Shown here piece by piece: positions 51,578 through 64,000 of a stretch of DNA of 64,000 nucleotides. Position 1 is the first letter of the stretch, and every line of letters begins with the position of its first letter. Source of the DNA: Yuukianura sp. NJ FZ-2021. Taxonomy: Eukaryota. The stretch is from contig CM102289.1 in assembly GCA_046563655.1 (NCBI GenBank), positions 9,858,001-9,922,000 on the forward strand. The letters are read 5' to 3'. The translations under genes were made by a program, and so were the position numbers. Under the pieces are notes generated by a model. That model saw nothing but the letters and a program-made list of their open reading frames with translations. It did not search any database and had not been told where the DNA came from.

Positions 51578-54500
51578 ATGAAGAATGTGCTAGTTGAGTG
51601 TATTCTTCTGTCACTTTATTCTGTCCTGTGTCTTCTAAATGGGTCTCATGCTGCCCCAGAAGTGTTTACGAACTCATTTCTCGTCAAATTAACCGGAAAC
51701 CATGGCCACGAACAGGCAAACATAATCGCCAAAAGAAACGGCTTCGAAAATCTCGGAAAAGTAAGCCAAACATTCCTCTGGATACACTTTTAAAAAAAAA
51801 AGTTCTATCAGCAGCTACTTTTCTAAATTTATGGTCTGTAACTTGCATACCATATTCATTTTTGCCTAAAATCCAATTACTTTTGAAAGGTTTACTTCCA
51901 AACCCGTAGTTATCGCAGAGATAAAAAAGAATTTTTTAGCAGAATGCGAGAAGTAAAAGAAGTTTGAGTGAAAGTTATGTCAGTAAATCACTTTTTGAAT
52001 TCTCCTTTGTTTTTTGTGTATAAATGGAAATGCTTGAGTAACATATTGGATTGATTCCAACTATTTGCGTAGGTCCTAGGAGCAGAAGATGAGTTCCACT
52101 TCAAGCACCATGGCATCACGCCATTTAGAAGTAAGCGCAGTCTACCACACACCAGGCAACTCAAAGCGGATCCCTTGGTAAGAAATTACATCATTCGTCA
52201 ATGTCAACATTTAGCACGAATTCTCGAGAGAGAGAAAGTAGGAGCCCATTTTTCAAGATTAACGAACCAATTTCAATTTTTCATAAGAAACTATCAAATT
52301 TCAATCAGAGAAGCCGAGATTAAGGGTTTGGAAATGAGTTGAGTGGGAAGATGATTGCTATCGCTGAAAAAGAAAAAAGTCGGAGTTAACACTTTCTAAG
52401 AATAACTTTCACTTTGACAAAAGTGATTTAAATTTTGAATGAGGTTGATTTTGTGTTAAGGTTAAAACTGCAGTGCAGCAGTCTGGATTTCGTAGAGTAA
52501 AGCGTGGATTCAAGCCATACAACGTAGAGAACTTGGTAGAACTGCCTTTAAACCGTGAGGATCCCACTGACCCCTACTTTGAGTACCAGTGGTACTTGGT
52601 GAGTTTGGAAAATTTCAAAGTTTTGAAATTTGAATACAAATGAAATTTGAAATTTGAAATTTAGAAAAATACGGGACAAAATGGGGGTAAGCCGAAGTTG
52701 GATTTGAACGTAGAGGCTGCCTGGGCTCAGGGAATCACAGGGAAGAATGTAACCACGGCCATCATGGACGACGGAGTAGACTACATGCACCCCGATCTCA
52801 AATTCAACTACGTAAGAAACAGATCAATTTCAAATGGCACTTTTACTGCTCCAAGTCAATTAGGGCATTACGACTGTCACTTGAGCACTTTGTGCCAACT
52901 ATTGTCTATTTTATGGCCTCTAGAACGCCAAAGCCAGTTACGACTTTAGCAGTAATGATCCATATCCCTATCCACGCTACACGGACGACTGGTTCAACAG
53001 GTACACTTTACACCATCGTTAATGTAACTCTTTTTCTCTTTTCACTTTTAACTTCTCTTTTCACTTTTAACTCCACTTTCCCAAATAGCCATGGGACTCG
53101 ATGTGCTGGGGAAGTATCTGCTGCGAGGGACAACGGCGTCTGTGGAGTGGGAGTAGCTTATGACTCCAAAGTTGCCGGTAACTCTCAAATTTAATTCTGG
53201 TTTAATAAAATGAGTGTATGTTGGGAAATGTGTGAACTGATGTTGTTGATTTGAAAGCTAATGAAATTGGTTGCAGGAATTCGAATGTTGGATCAACCCT
53301 ACATGACAGATTTGATTGAAGCCAACTCCATGGGGCATATGGTAACAATTTATTAAAAACCTAACTTAATTTCAAAAGTCAACGTAGAAAAAGCGTCAAA
53401 ACAGCGTAGGTAGCGATTCGACTCGCTGGGTTGGGGTTTACTTGACCGTGACATTACCGTGACTTGACCTTTGAACCAAAACATAAAACGAAAAGACAAG
53501 TACAAAGAGAGTTTTGGCTTTAAGCGGACAGCGGGCACAAGAATATTTGGTCGGGAAATAACTCAGGCTACAACTTTTTTAAAATTTAAATTTTAGCCGA
53601 ACTTGATCGATATCTACAGTGCGTCCTGGGGCCCAACGGATGATGGAAAAACTGTAGACGGGCCAAGAAATGCCACGATGCGGGCCATTGTCCGTGGCGT
53701 CAACGAGGTAAAATGAGCAACATTTTCGTCCAGTAACAAAGTTATGCAAAAATGTTGCCATTTGACGGGAAAATTGAAAATTTGAAAATTGGTTTTGGAA
53801 TAGGGTCGAAATGGGCTAGGTAACATTTATGTCTGGGCGAGTGGTGACGGAGGAGAGGATGACGACTGTAACTGCGATGGTTACGCTGCGTCAATGTGGA
53901 CAATTTCCATCAACTCTGCCATCAACGACGGTCAAAATGCCCATTACGACGAATCCTGTTCATCTACTCTTGCCTCCACTTTTAGCAACGGAGCCAAAGA
54001 CCCAAACACAGGAGTTGTAAGGATAAAGCCAAACTAAGTCTAAAACCTACGCTTTTTAATACTCCTTTGATCCTTGTTGCTAGGCAACTACTGATCTCTA
54101 TGGAAAATGCACAAAGAGCCACTCTGGCACTTCCGCTGCAGCCCCAGAGGCTGCTGGCGTGTTTGTAAGTCATTTTAAGCAGATTAAACTAAAAGCATTG
54201 TTTTCACTCACATTTTTAAAAGTGACTTTCTTTTTTTCACTTTTTACAGGCCTTGGCACTGGAAGCAAAGTAAATTTCAACATTTCCACAAATTCCATTT
54301 CCAGAATAAATTGAAAATACTTTGTCGTTGTTTTTGTGTAGCACGGAACTGACGTGGCGTGATGTTCAGCACTTGACAGTTTTGACGTCAAAACGGAACT
54401 CACTCTTCGACGGAAAAGGGAGATTTCATTGGACGATGAACGGAGTGGGACTGGAATTCAATCATCTCTTTGGCTTCGGGGTGCTGGATGCTGGAGCGAT

Positions 54501-55816
54501 GGTGGCTCTGGCCAAAGAGTGGCGCACAGTCCCACCGCGCTACCACTGTGACGGTGGCAGCATCAACAAACTCCAGTAAGCAAACACTCCATCAGATTCC
54601 CAATAGATACTTCCACATATTTCCCACTACATATTTTCCACTAGATATTTCCCAATAGATATTTCCCCTAGATATCTTAGATATTTCCCAGTAGGAAATA
54701 GTGGGAAATTCACATTAGACTTCCAGAATTCCTGGAAAAGTTGTCCAGTATTTGTGTCTGTTGCAGGCAAATTCCTTCTCGAGGTTCCATCGTCCTCCGA
54801 CTGGAGACGAACGCCTGCCAGGGGAAGGAGACGGAAGTGGACTATCTGGAGCATGTCCAGGCTGTTATTACTTTGAATGCAACTAAGCGCGGAGATGTTG
54901 AGATATTTCTAACGTCACCCATGGGAACCCGGTATGTCATTTGTAAGTGACTTCATTTGTCACCTTCTGACTTGTCTGTGCTTTGCTTAGATCCATGATT
55001 CTGAGCAAGAGGCCGAATGACGATGACAAGCACGATGGGTTTGTGAAATGGCCTTTCATGACAACACACACATGGGGAGAGAATCCACGGGGAACATGGA
55101 CACTGGAGGTAATCATACAAATTCATTTCACACAGAAGCTCCTTAGATAACTTTCTCCACCCACACTTTCTCTCTCTTTATTAAAAAACTACAAAACACA
55201 TTTCCATTTCTTTTTCCATGTGTTTTTTTTTGGTAGCTGAATTGGAAATCAATTTAAAATCCAAAGTGACATGCACAAAGTTATTGATTGAGTCAAAGAT
55301 CCTGCTTTGTTCACTCAATTTGGCATTTGCAACAAAAACTTTCGAATTGAAAAAAAAAATGGAAAACTTTGACGCCATTTGGCAGAATTTTCTAAGTAGA
55401 AATAACCTAGAAACAAGCACGTACTTTCCCGCGTTGCACTTAAATGAATTTGAAAAAAAAAACAGCCAGAAGAGGAGAAAACTTTCTAAAACTTAGTTTA
55501 GTTTTTTAAATTAAAAACAGAGAAAGTGGGACCTAATTTGACCCTGCATGTGTCTGTTAGATTCGTTTTGAGAGTGACACCCCGCAGAGTGGTTGGCTGA
55601 AGGAATGGAATTTGATGCTCCATGGGACACGAGAGGCGTAAGTAAACTAGTATAATATTACATTAATTATACATTATATTAATTCAATTACATGTAATTC
55701 ATCCAATACAACCACTTGTGTAATGATGTAGTCCGTACATGAACCTGCCAGTGGCTGATCCCCATTCCAAGTTGGGAGTTGTGAAGAAAGCACACGAGGA
55801 TCGAAAGAAAGCCTAG
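51578..55816 (+). CDS. PCSK2: Neuroendocrine/prohormone convertase 2 (amontillado ortholog), multi-exon
   Basis: Signal peptide; prodomain sites RSKR and [37 protein letters not shown] (the PC2-specific oxyanion Asp), [11 protein letters not shown]-domain [15 protein letters not shown] 55814-55816. Confidence 0.97.
54596..54692. repeat. ~14-15-bp minisatellite in a PC2 intron
   Basis: About 6 imperfect copies of TAGATATTTCCCA(A/C). Confidence 0.75.
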
Positions 55817-56884
55817 ACGCCACTCGCCCACTCACTTTCTCCAGCTGGAACTCCAATGACAAACAAAGCAGCTCCACTCACCTTCACACTCCCATTCACT
55901 TTCACCCAACTTCAAACGAAACTTCCAACAGCATCAACATTCAACTCACTTTCACTTTTAGCCACAGAAACAAACTCCCTCTTTCATTTGGCCAACACAA
56001 AAGTGTGAACAGCTCCAGTTGTAACTAAACTCTCCTTTTCTATCTCTTTCTATCCTCTGTTCTTTATAACTCTTTTAGTTGGGTGTAGAAACAATAGGTT
56101 TAGGATTTCAAAAGAAAACTATTCAAAATGCAAAAAAAAAACTTCGTAATGTGAGGGTAGAGCACAATAGAGATTCAGCAGAGTTTTAAAAAAAGCTATG
56201 CATGGCACATGGGTACAGACTTCTCGTTAAAAAGTTTCTTAAGTTTTTCCAATTTTGGGATTGTTTCAGAAAAACTAAAAGTTAAATTGAATCGAAAGGA
56301 ATTATACATGGAAAGTTAGAGAAGAGTTCTTGTGTAAACTCATTCTAGGGCTCTTATATTTTTGATGTCCATATTTTTTGTTGAAGTAGGATAGTTGACC
56401 TTCGGCAGTTGAACTACAACTGTGTAAGAGACGAGTATCAAATCTAGTCATCAACTTAGTCCTTGTGTCCGAAATGGATTCAAATTACTTGAATCCTGCA
56501 ATTTGGCACATGGTTTTTAGTGTTTCTAAAAAAACGGATATTTGTGTCGATAAGAAACTAAAAAGTGTTTTTTCTTTGTGAAAGTAATGAAAGGATTTGG
56601 TTTAGAAAAGGATTGCGTAACTTATTAATTCCCAAGTACCTTCCATAAAAGTGTGCTATTATCATAATTACTAACTTTACACTTCTTCCTTTAATTACAG
56701 ACTTAATGTAAACGGATTTCCACTAAAGATTCTCTCCCGTAGTCTTTTCAATTCTTCCCAAAAAACAAAACAACCAAAAAAAAAATGTAAAAACTAAAAA
56801 GAAAGTTAAATCGATGACTGATTCTTACTGATTGTGAGCGTAAAATTCAATCATGACTTCATTAGGAAAAGACTTTGAATGCAG

Positions 56885-56992
56885 AATAAATGTGTACACG
56901 ATTGGAATTAAAAAGCCGAAACTTTTTAAAAATTGAGTTCCGAAATTTTGTCAATCACTCGACGAAGTACACACGACTACACAAGATTTATT
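56885..56992. terminator. Candidate convergent polyadenylation signals for PC2 (+) and Dscam (-)
   Basis: AATAAA on + near 56885 and on - (TTTATT) near 56987, about midway between the two convergent stop codons. Confidence 0.45.
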
Positions 56993-58176
56993 TCAAATGT
57001 TAATTGAATTATAAGCACAACAATGACTAACTCCGAAGGAAGTATTTCCGACCAACCTCAAAGTGTTGTCTCATTTGTCCAAGATCTTAAACTCACAAAA
57101 TCAACTTCACAACAATTCTCCGTTCCTGCATTTTAACACTTTTAGAACTTCCAAGAAAGCAGACTTATGCGCTAGTAAAAGTGTGTTTCTAGCAATTTAA
57201 CTTATGACAACTAGAAGTCTTGCTTGAAATTGGTAATCCAGAAATCACTAAGTTAAGCTAAGCATTCTAAGAAACACCTCAAATTCTTAACACTTCAAAT
57301 GAAAGTGGTACTCCACTCCATTTACAATCTCATTTAGGTGTTGCATTGTAATTGCTAAGTTTTGATGTCACTTGTCACTTGACACGTTAGTCTAAAAAGC
57401 TTGCAAAGCAGAACCTAAACAGTTAAACACCTTATCAGTTAACTTTTAACTTGTTTTAAAAAGGAGGAAGAAGAGTTGTGAGCATGCAACAATTGCAATA
57501 TTTACACATTTAACCAAAAGTTACGAAATTAACAAAGTTGGAAACAACTTAAACAAGTCCACTCCATTCAATGGCACCAATTCAAACAAAAACCACTGTG
57601 ATTTTTGAAACGGAACACAACTTTTTTTTGAAACACAACGGAACTTATTTCGTCTTTTCTTCACTTTGTTGATTCTTTGGCAAACTCATGAGCAAACAAA
57701 GTTTCCAGTCCAAATTCCCACTTGAGATTCTCCCTCTTTCAAAATCACAAATCAAATTAACTTCTAAGGAAAAACCAAAAATGTTAAGAAAACAGTCACA
57801 TCTCATACAATACACAACATCAAAGTCACACAAGTTCTACAACACTCACTTAGCCTAACATTTAGTTAAAGCCACACTAATTACTAATTACGAATGTTGA
57901 ATTACTAGTGTTGAACAGTGGTAATCAGACCCAAACAATTAAACAAAAGTTAAAATTAGACATAAAACTAAAGCGTCATTAAAATTAGTCATGGCGTTCC
58001 AGATCTCAAACTTAAATAAAATCTGATCATAATCGAATTCAAAATTATTAAAATCGTTAAAATTAGCAGCTGTAAAATCACAATTTAGTTTTTTACACAA
58101 CAAATGGAAACTGATTTTGAGAAAAACGAAAAAATTCCAAAATCTCCCCCAAACTTTCGTCTTCTTTTGTCCAGAT

Positions 58177-61100
58177 TTAGACATTGACAGTGTCGTAGGG
58201 AGTCAAGCCATTTGGAATGGAGTTCCCTGCCTCATTCCTGTTTTAAAAACATCCAATCTTTTACAAATTGAAACTTTTGAACCCCAAAACCCTAGAAAAA
58301 ACCTAGGCACTTACGTATTCCTTGGAAGGATTGCACAAAGATAAGCAGAAATTGAGATTAATTGAATACGTAAAAACTAAAAAGAGTTTAAAAACTCACT
58401 TTTCCAAGAGACGTCGCATTTCCTCAGTGCTCAAGCATGGTGGTCCACCGATGGAGTTGCGACTCTTGATGAGTGGGTCTCTGTCGCACTCTGCCTCCGA
58501 CAGTTCGTTGGATTCCTTGGAGTCATTGGCAGAGTTTGTGCTCTGGTTGTTCTGAGAGTGCGTCGGAGTGGAGTTGGGGCTGGAATCAGAAGGGCGTGGC
58601 GGCGGAGGCGGAGGTGGAGACGGACTTTCCGGAATTGGAGCAGCACGCATTTGTCCTAAACAAAAACAAAAAGTTAAACTACTTTGGAAATGTTGATCTC
58701 GAGGCTCAAATTGTGATTTTACCAAGAGAGCGGCGTCCAGTAGTGCCTCGACGTGGGCTTCCATAGCCATACTCGTCTTCGATGTTAGCCGGATCATCAT
58801 ACTCTGGTGAAAAGACGTTTGAGGGAGGAGCAATCATTCCATTCGGCCCAACAATTCCACCGCCAGCAACAGAGCTAACCACCCCAGTTCCCACCGGTCC
58901 TTTCCCATATCGAGTCGTCGTGGCTCCGCGTGGCTAAAAACACAAAATTATTCACTTCAACATCATCAAATTTTACAAATTCAAAATTTCAAAAGTTTAA
59001 AAACGTACAGCACTTTGAGAATTTCCACGTCCATGTCCATGTCCAGGCGGATGCGGAAGGGTAGTAGCTGCAGCATTCTTCGAGGGGTCCATTTCTTCGC
59101 GAAATCCAAGAAGATGAAACGTGGCGTAGGGGCAAATCTCTTCATCCGGTCCTCCTGGTCCACCTGAAAAACAAAGCTTTAAATTTTAATTTCATTTTAA
59201 TTAAGTTTTGTGCTAAAAAGTTGACAGACGACAGAACTGGCGATGTGGAAGTCACATCATGACCAACGAGACAGGCAGTGGCTCCAGATTTGAACTCAAG
59301 TGGAATATGTCCGACATTTTGAAATTTGAAAACGGAAAATGGCAAACTGAGAACAGTGCAGAAAGAGATGCTGAAAAGCGGAAGGAATTGCTGATAAATT
59401 ACCACCGTTGGGAGGTTTGGCATAGAGGGAACTATCGTCTGAACTAGCGTGCGGTGGAACCGGCGGATTGTAGTCCCCACCACCCAGCTCTTCATAGGCA
59501 TTGGCCACACCGTTCCCCTTCCGACCATTCCATGCACCTTGACCTACGAAATTCCCATGGTAACAAACATTCAAAGCAACGACTAATTTAACCCCTTTGC
59601 TAAACAGTGGCAGGAGTTTTAGCTAGTGGTAATACATTTATCCCAAGCAACGGAAGCTAACATTTCTTGCCCAATTTAACTTTTAGCATTACCTTGCTTA
59701 AAAACTTACCGGATGAAGTTTTGTGAAGTACTTGAAGCAATGTTTTAAATAATTTAAATAAATGTAAACTTATTAAAAATAACTTCTTCCACTTACCTCG
59801 CTTGAGTCTGTCGCAAGTGTTGTAGTTTGATCCAGGGACTGGCGGAAGTGGGGGAAGTCCTACAAAAATTAATTTTTTTCATTAACATTCTGCAGCAAAA
59901 AGTTTATTTTATAACAAAAAGTCTATTTTTTGCCATACGTTTCGGTGGCGGTGCAATGTAGCCCAATTCATCGCGAAATTCTCTCTTCAAAGTCATTCCC
60001 CTTAAGTCCGGTTGAGCATAGAGTCCTTCATCTGTAAATCCACATTGCAAATTGTTAAAATTCTGATCATTTTAACATAAACTAAGATGGAATGAGTAAT
60101 TTTACCCCTCAAGCGAACACTTTCTGGTCCACTCTTGCGTCGTGGTAGAGCAACACACAGAATGGCAATGGCCACCAAGATGATGATAATGACAGCCAGA
60201 AACCCAAGGAGCAGGTTGTAGTCCACCCACTCCGGAAGCCAGGGGAAGATCTGGAAAAACAAACAACTTTGTCAAATGTTGCATGAAAACTTTGTGTTTT
60301 GACAATTTGGTTCAAGGTTTCACCAGTTCCAGTAAAGCCCGTTTGTCATTGTCGTTGTTCCGTGCTGGTGCAATAACATCTGAAACAAATAAACTCGTTG
60401 TCAACCGCGCATAAGCAAAATAGATCAAGCCAAAGGACAGTTTTTCCCAGGGTGGGAAATGTGGAGTGGGTACCCACTCTTTTCCCACATTCCCCACCCT
60501 TTCCCTCCCCTCCCCACTGATACATAGAGAAAGACCGGCATAAATGCAAAATAGCTTTCGCTATTTAATAACATAGGAAAGATGAAGATGAGACATAAAA
60601 ATAAATGTTCAGAAAGAGAAAATGCTGAAACCAAGCAAACTGAAGAAGATGAAACATAAAAATAAATGTCCAGATAAGAGAAAATGTTCAAAGAAATGTC
60701 CAGAAAGAGAAAATGCTGAGACGAAGCAAACTAACTTCCAGTGACCGTCAAGGTTGCAAATTGGAACTCCGCAGGCGTGAATCCGACATTATCTGAAAAA
60801 ACAAAAACAATTAGATTGACATCCCCCAAAAAAAAACCGTGTTGAGTTTGAACTTACTGTGCGCAGTAACCCGGAGTTCGTACCACGTCGCAGGAGTCAA
60901 GTCCAAAACAACGTAATTTCCACTTGGTTTGACGCTGTTGGAAACAGTAGTCCACTCGGTCTGATGCCTACAAAACCATGACCATCATGCTAATTGTCTA
61001 CTTTCAATCCGTACTTGCTCAGCAATTAAAAATCTATTTGAACAATCCTTACTTAGATTTGTACTCCACCACAAAATAGAGCATTGCACAGCCACCTGAA

Positions 61101-64000
61101 CAACACAAACACTGAGTCAGCCCCGCACTAATTTCAAATTACCAACCAGTTTACTAAAAGCACAAACAATTTAAGTAAACTTACCGTCATCCCAAGAACT
61201 CAAATGCAAAGTGACGCTGTTCGGAGAAACTTCGATAAACTTCTGGGCCGACGGTACGCTCGGTTTCGTTCCTTTCGTTCGAGTATTCAAAATATCCGAT
61301 GCCTCTCCCGTCCCGATTCTAAAAATTTTCAAAACAAAAGTCAAACAACTGATAGAATTTAAAAATTTTAAAAATAAACTAGATTTAAAAAAAATCACCC
61401 GTTGTACGAAGTGGCATAAAGTTGGTAACGAGTTCCGCAAGACAATCCTTCCAAGGTGTATTCTAACAAAATCAAAGTCCTTTAAAAATTTGAACAAAAA
61501 GTTAATGAGAATGTAAAAATGTTGTTTAAAGTTTGCGTTTACCGTTGATTGTTGGAGCAATTTGAGTTGTTTCCCACTCCCCAAAATCTTGTTTGTAGTG
61601 AAGCGTAAGTCCATGGAGTGGAGCGGAGTCGGTGGGGGACTTGAGTCGCACAGTGATTGAAGTTCCGGTGGTTCCAGCGAGGGTGATGCTTGGTGGCTGC
61701 GGTGGGGCTTGGACCACGAGAGTGTGCATGATGGCGTCATTTCCAAAACTGTTCTCAGCTTTACATTGATAAATCCCTCCATCTTTCCGCGTAACTTCTT
61801 TGATAAGTAGAGATCCATCCGGAAGAAGTCTCAAGCGATCACTTTGAGTCAGAGGAGAGCCCTTAACCTTCCATTGAATCTCAGGAGCTGGAACACCCAC
61901 AACTTGACACGGCAGCTTCACATCTTCCTTATGAGTGGCTGCAAAATAAATTCAAAATGAAACATCAATTTTCCCAAAGTGATGAGGATTTACTTACCAA
62001 CGACTTTTTCAGCGAAAGATGCAATTTTGGCTGGAACTTTGCTAGATGGCGACACGATGACAGACTTGGATGGTTTTCCTTCTCCGATTCCAGTTGAGGC
62101 AGTGACCCAGAATTCATAGCGTTCCTTTCGCTGGAGTCCAGACATTTCATACGTCGTTTGGAAACTAGGAACTCGCTGCGTCTTTGGTTCCGCCTACACA
62201 AAAAATATCAAAAAAAAAAATCAAAATAATAACTGATTTTCGAAAATGATTTCGCAAGAAATATAAAATTGGAATCTTACTTCCTTCTCCCCAGTCGTAC
62301 GAAAGTAAACAGTGTACTGAAAACAAAAGCAAAAATTAAAACCAAGTTCTACATCGCCAATTTCAAAATGAATTTTTTAATTCTTACTTGCGTGATGACT
62401 CCATTTGGTTCAGACGGTGGTTGCCAGCTTACAAGGATCGAATCCACCGACATCACAACTCCTTTCTAAAAACAAATGTGCTTGTCCAGTACTAAAAAGT
62501 GCAAATATTTTACTTGTGCTTAAATTTGTGTTACCACAGCCATTGGTGGGCCAGGAACGTCCTGTTCAGTGTGGCAACTGATGGCAACCGTCGGGACGCC
62601 ATCTCCACCGCTAGTGTAAGCCAAAATCGTGATGTTGTAGTTTGTGTATTTCTTGAGTCCGTGCAAAATCGTTTCAGAGGCGGATGTCACTTTCGTTTCC
62701 TTCGTCTTCTCATCTGAAATTCAAAAAAGTTCAAAATTCAAAAATGTGTAAAAAGAAAAGTGAAGCATAAGAAGTAGTTGAAAACTTGTTGACTTACCAT
62801 ACCACGTTGAAGCTGGTCCGAAACTGACTTTGTAGCCCTTGATCACTCCGTTGGCAGACACAAGTGGAGGGGAACTCCATGAAACACGAATCGACTGGGA
62901 AGTCAGAGTGGTGCAGGAAAAGTCCTAACAAATTCAAAATGTAAAAAACCATGTTCACTTTATGACATTTCTGAATTTGCAGTTAAACGATTCCAACCTG
63001 TGGTGCTTGTTCAGGCTTTCCTTCTGCAGTATGTTGAGTCACTTCCTTTGACATTGGTCCTGAAAAATATTAGAAAACAATTTAAAAATTGCTTGAATTC
63101 ACGGCAAGATGCAGCAAGATTTGGAAATGGAGCAAACCGGGTCCAATTCGGTTGAATGCTTGAACAACGACAGAGTATTCAGTGTAGGTCCTAAAACAAA
63201 TAGAGAAATATTTAAAATCTGTACAATCTTTGCAATTTTAATTCCTTAAATAACGTTTTACTTGAGATTGGAGATCATGAGATGGTGTTCCTTGCCAACT
63301 TCGCGTGAGAATTCCACAGTTTCAAACAGATAGGGTTTGTCGGAAGATGCCAATTTGTATCCAACATAATAACCTAAGCACAACAGAAAGTCAGTTCTGT
63401 TTCTCGTTAGTTCTTGATTTGGAATTTACCCATAATGTCGCCGTTCCATTCCTCTTTCACTGGTGGCTGTCAAAAACAAAAGCATTTCAAAACATTTAGC
63501 AAGTATTTTTAATTTTGAAAGTAAATTCTACCTTCCATGTAAGCTTCAAAGTGTGCTGATCAACAGGCTCAACCTAAAAAAAAACAGTAAAAAGTAAAGT
63601 AAAAATTTTAATTGGAAAATTATAAATGCTTGAAACTACGGTAATGCCAGTGGGTGGTCCAGAGGGAGCTTCCTCAGCAGTGATGATCGTAACAGATTGA
63701 GATGCTTCAGAAGTACCCACTTCATTTTCAGCAACAAGTCGAACTGTAAGATAAAAAAAAACTATTTTACTGAGATTCATTAAAAATAGTGATTGACTTT
63801 GTGTTACGATGGTAAGTAGTTGCAGGTCTCAAGTTGTAAACTCCGGCCATAACTTGATTTCCTGGCACGAGCACTCTGTCTTTCCCAGTGAGCCAGTCAC
63901 TCTTGGCCATTTTGAACTCAATGTAGTAACGAGTGATGGGGGAATTCCCATTGTACGGCTCACTCCAAGCAATAGTCACCGAACGACCAGACTTGTCCAG
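58177..64000 (-). CDS. Dscam: Dscam (Down syndrome cell adhesion molecule), 3' portion: FNIII repeats, Ig10, TM and cytoplasmic tail; continues beyond the window end
   Basis: WSEPYNGNSPITRY..LRPATTYH; EEAPSGPP; LHGLKKYTNY; Ig KLPCQVVGVPAPEIQW..DGGIYQCKAEN; TM LLLGFLAVIIIILVAIAILCV; cytoplasmic LPPVPGSNYNTCDR, SPEYDDP, PPPPP, SNELSEAECDRD, STEEMRRLLE; C-terminus YDTVNV* (TAA 58177-58179). Confidence 0.97.
60580..60732. repeat. Degenerate ~60-bp tandem repeat in a Dscam intron
   Basis: AAGATGA.ACATAAAAATAAATGT.CAGA.AGAGAAAATG(CTGA) is repeated 2-3 times. Confidence 0.7.

Noticed and set aside
55817..56010. ~64 open codons after the PC2 TAG as a readthrough extension
   Set aside because: TAG-A is not a leaky context, and the C/A-rich UTR composition makes stop codons rare.
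60425..60691. Hydrophobic ORF as a second Dscam TM exon
   Set aside because: Hydrophobicity comes from a T-rich degenerate repeat; no similarity to the real TM exon and no convincing splice sites.

Overview
Gene-dense, AT-rich eukaryotic genomic DNA from an arthropod with very short introns (mostly 60-80 nt). A non-insect hexapod such as a springtail is my inference from intron size, a retained MMACHC and the chemoreceptor type. I reconstructed eleven spliced protein-coding genes by hand: PTPN9/PTP-MEG2 (+), MMACHC (-), an inward-rectifier K+ channel (+), a 7TM gustatory-receptor-like gene (-), ATG2 (+), TMEM62 (-), kintoun/DNAAF2 (-), the PP2A scaffold A subunit (+), hnRNP L/smooth (-), prohormone convertase 2 (+) and the 3' half of Dscam (-). 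Non-coding structure includes two almost perfectly homogeneous tandem arrays (56 bp x ~115 and 59 bp x 56) lying just upstream of genes. There is also a 693-bp perfect foldback element with an 8-bp TSD inside an hnRNP L intron, and a 2.3-kb TA-flanked element with long repeat-bearing TIRs and three nested internal foldbacks. RNA-processing signals include a U12 AT-AC intron, a GC-AG intron, candidate 6-nt and 21-nt Dscam microexons, a UGA-CUAG readthrough context in PTPN9, and strong hairpins in several over-long introns. No prokaryotic features, CRISPR arrays, rRNA or tRNA were seen. All calls come from reading the sequence and recalled family motifs; no database search was run.
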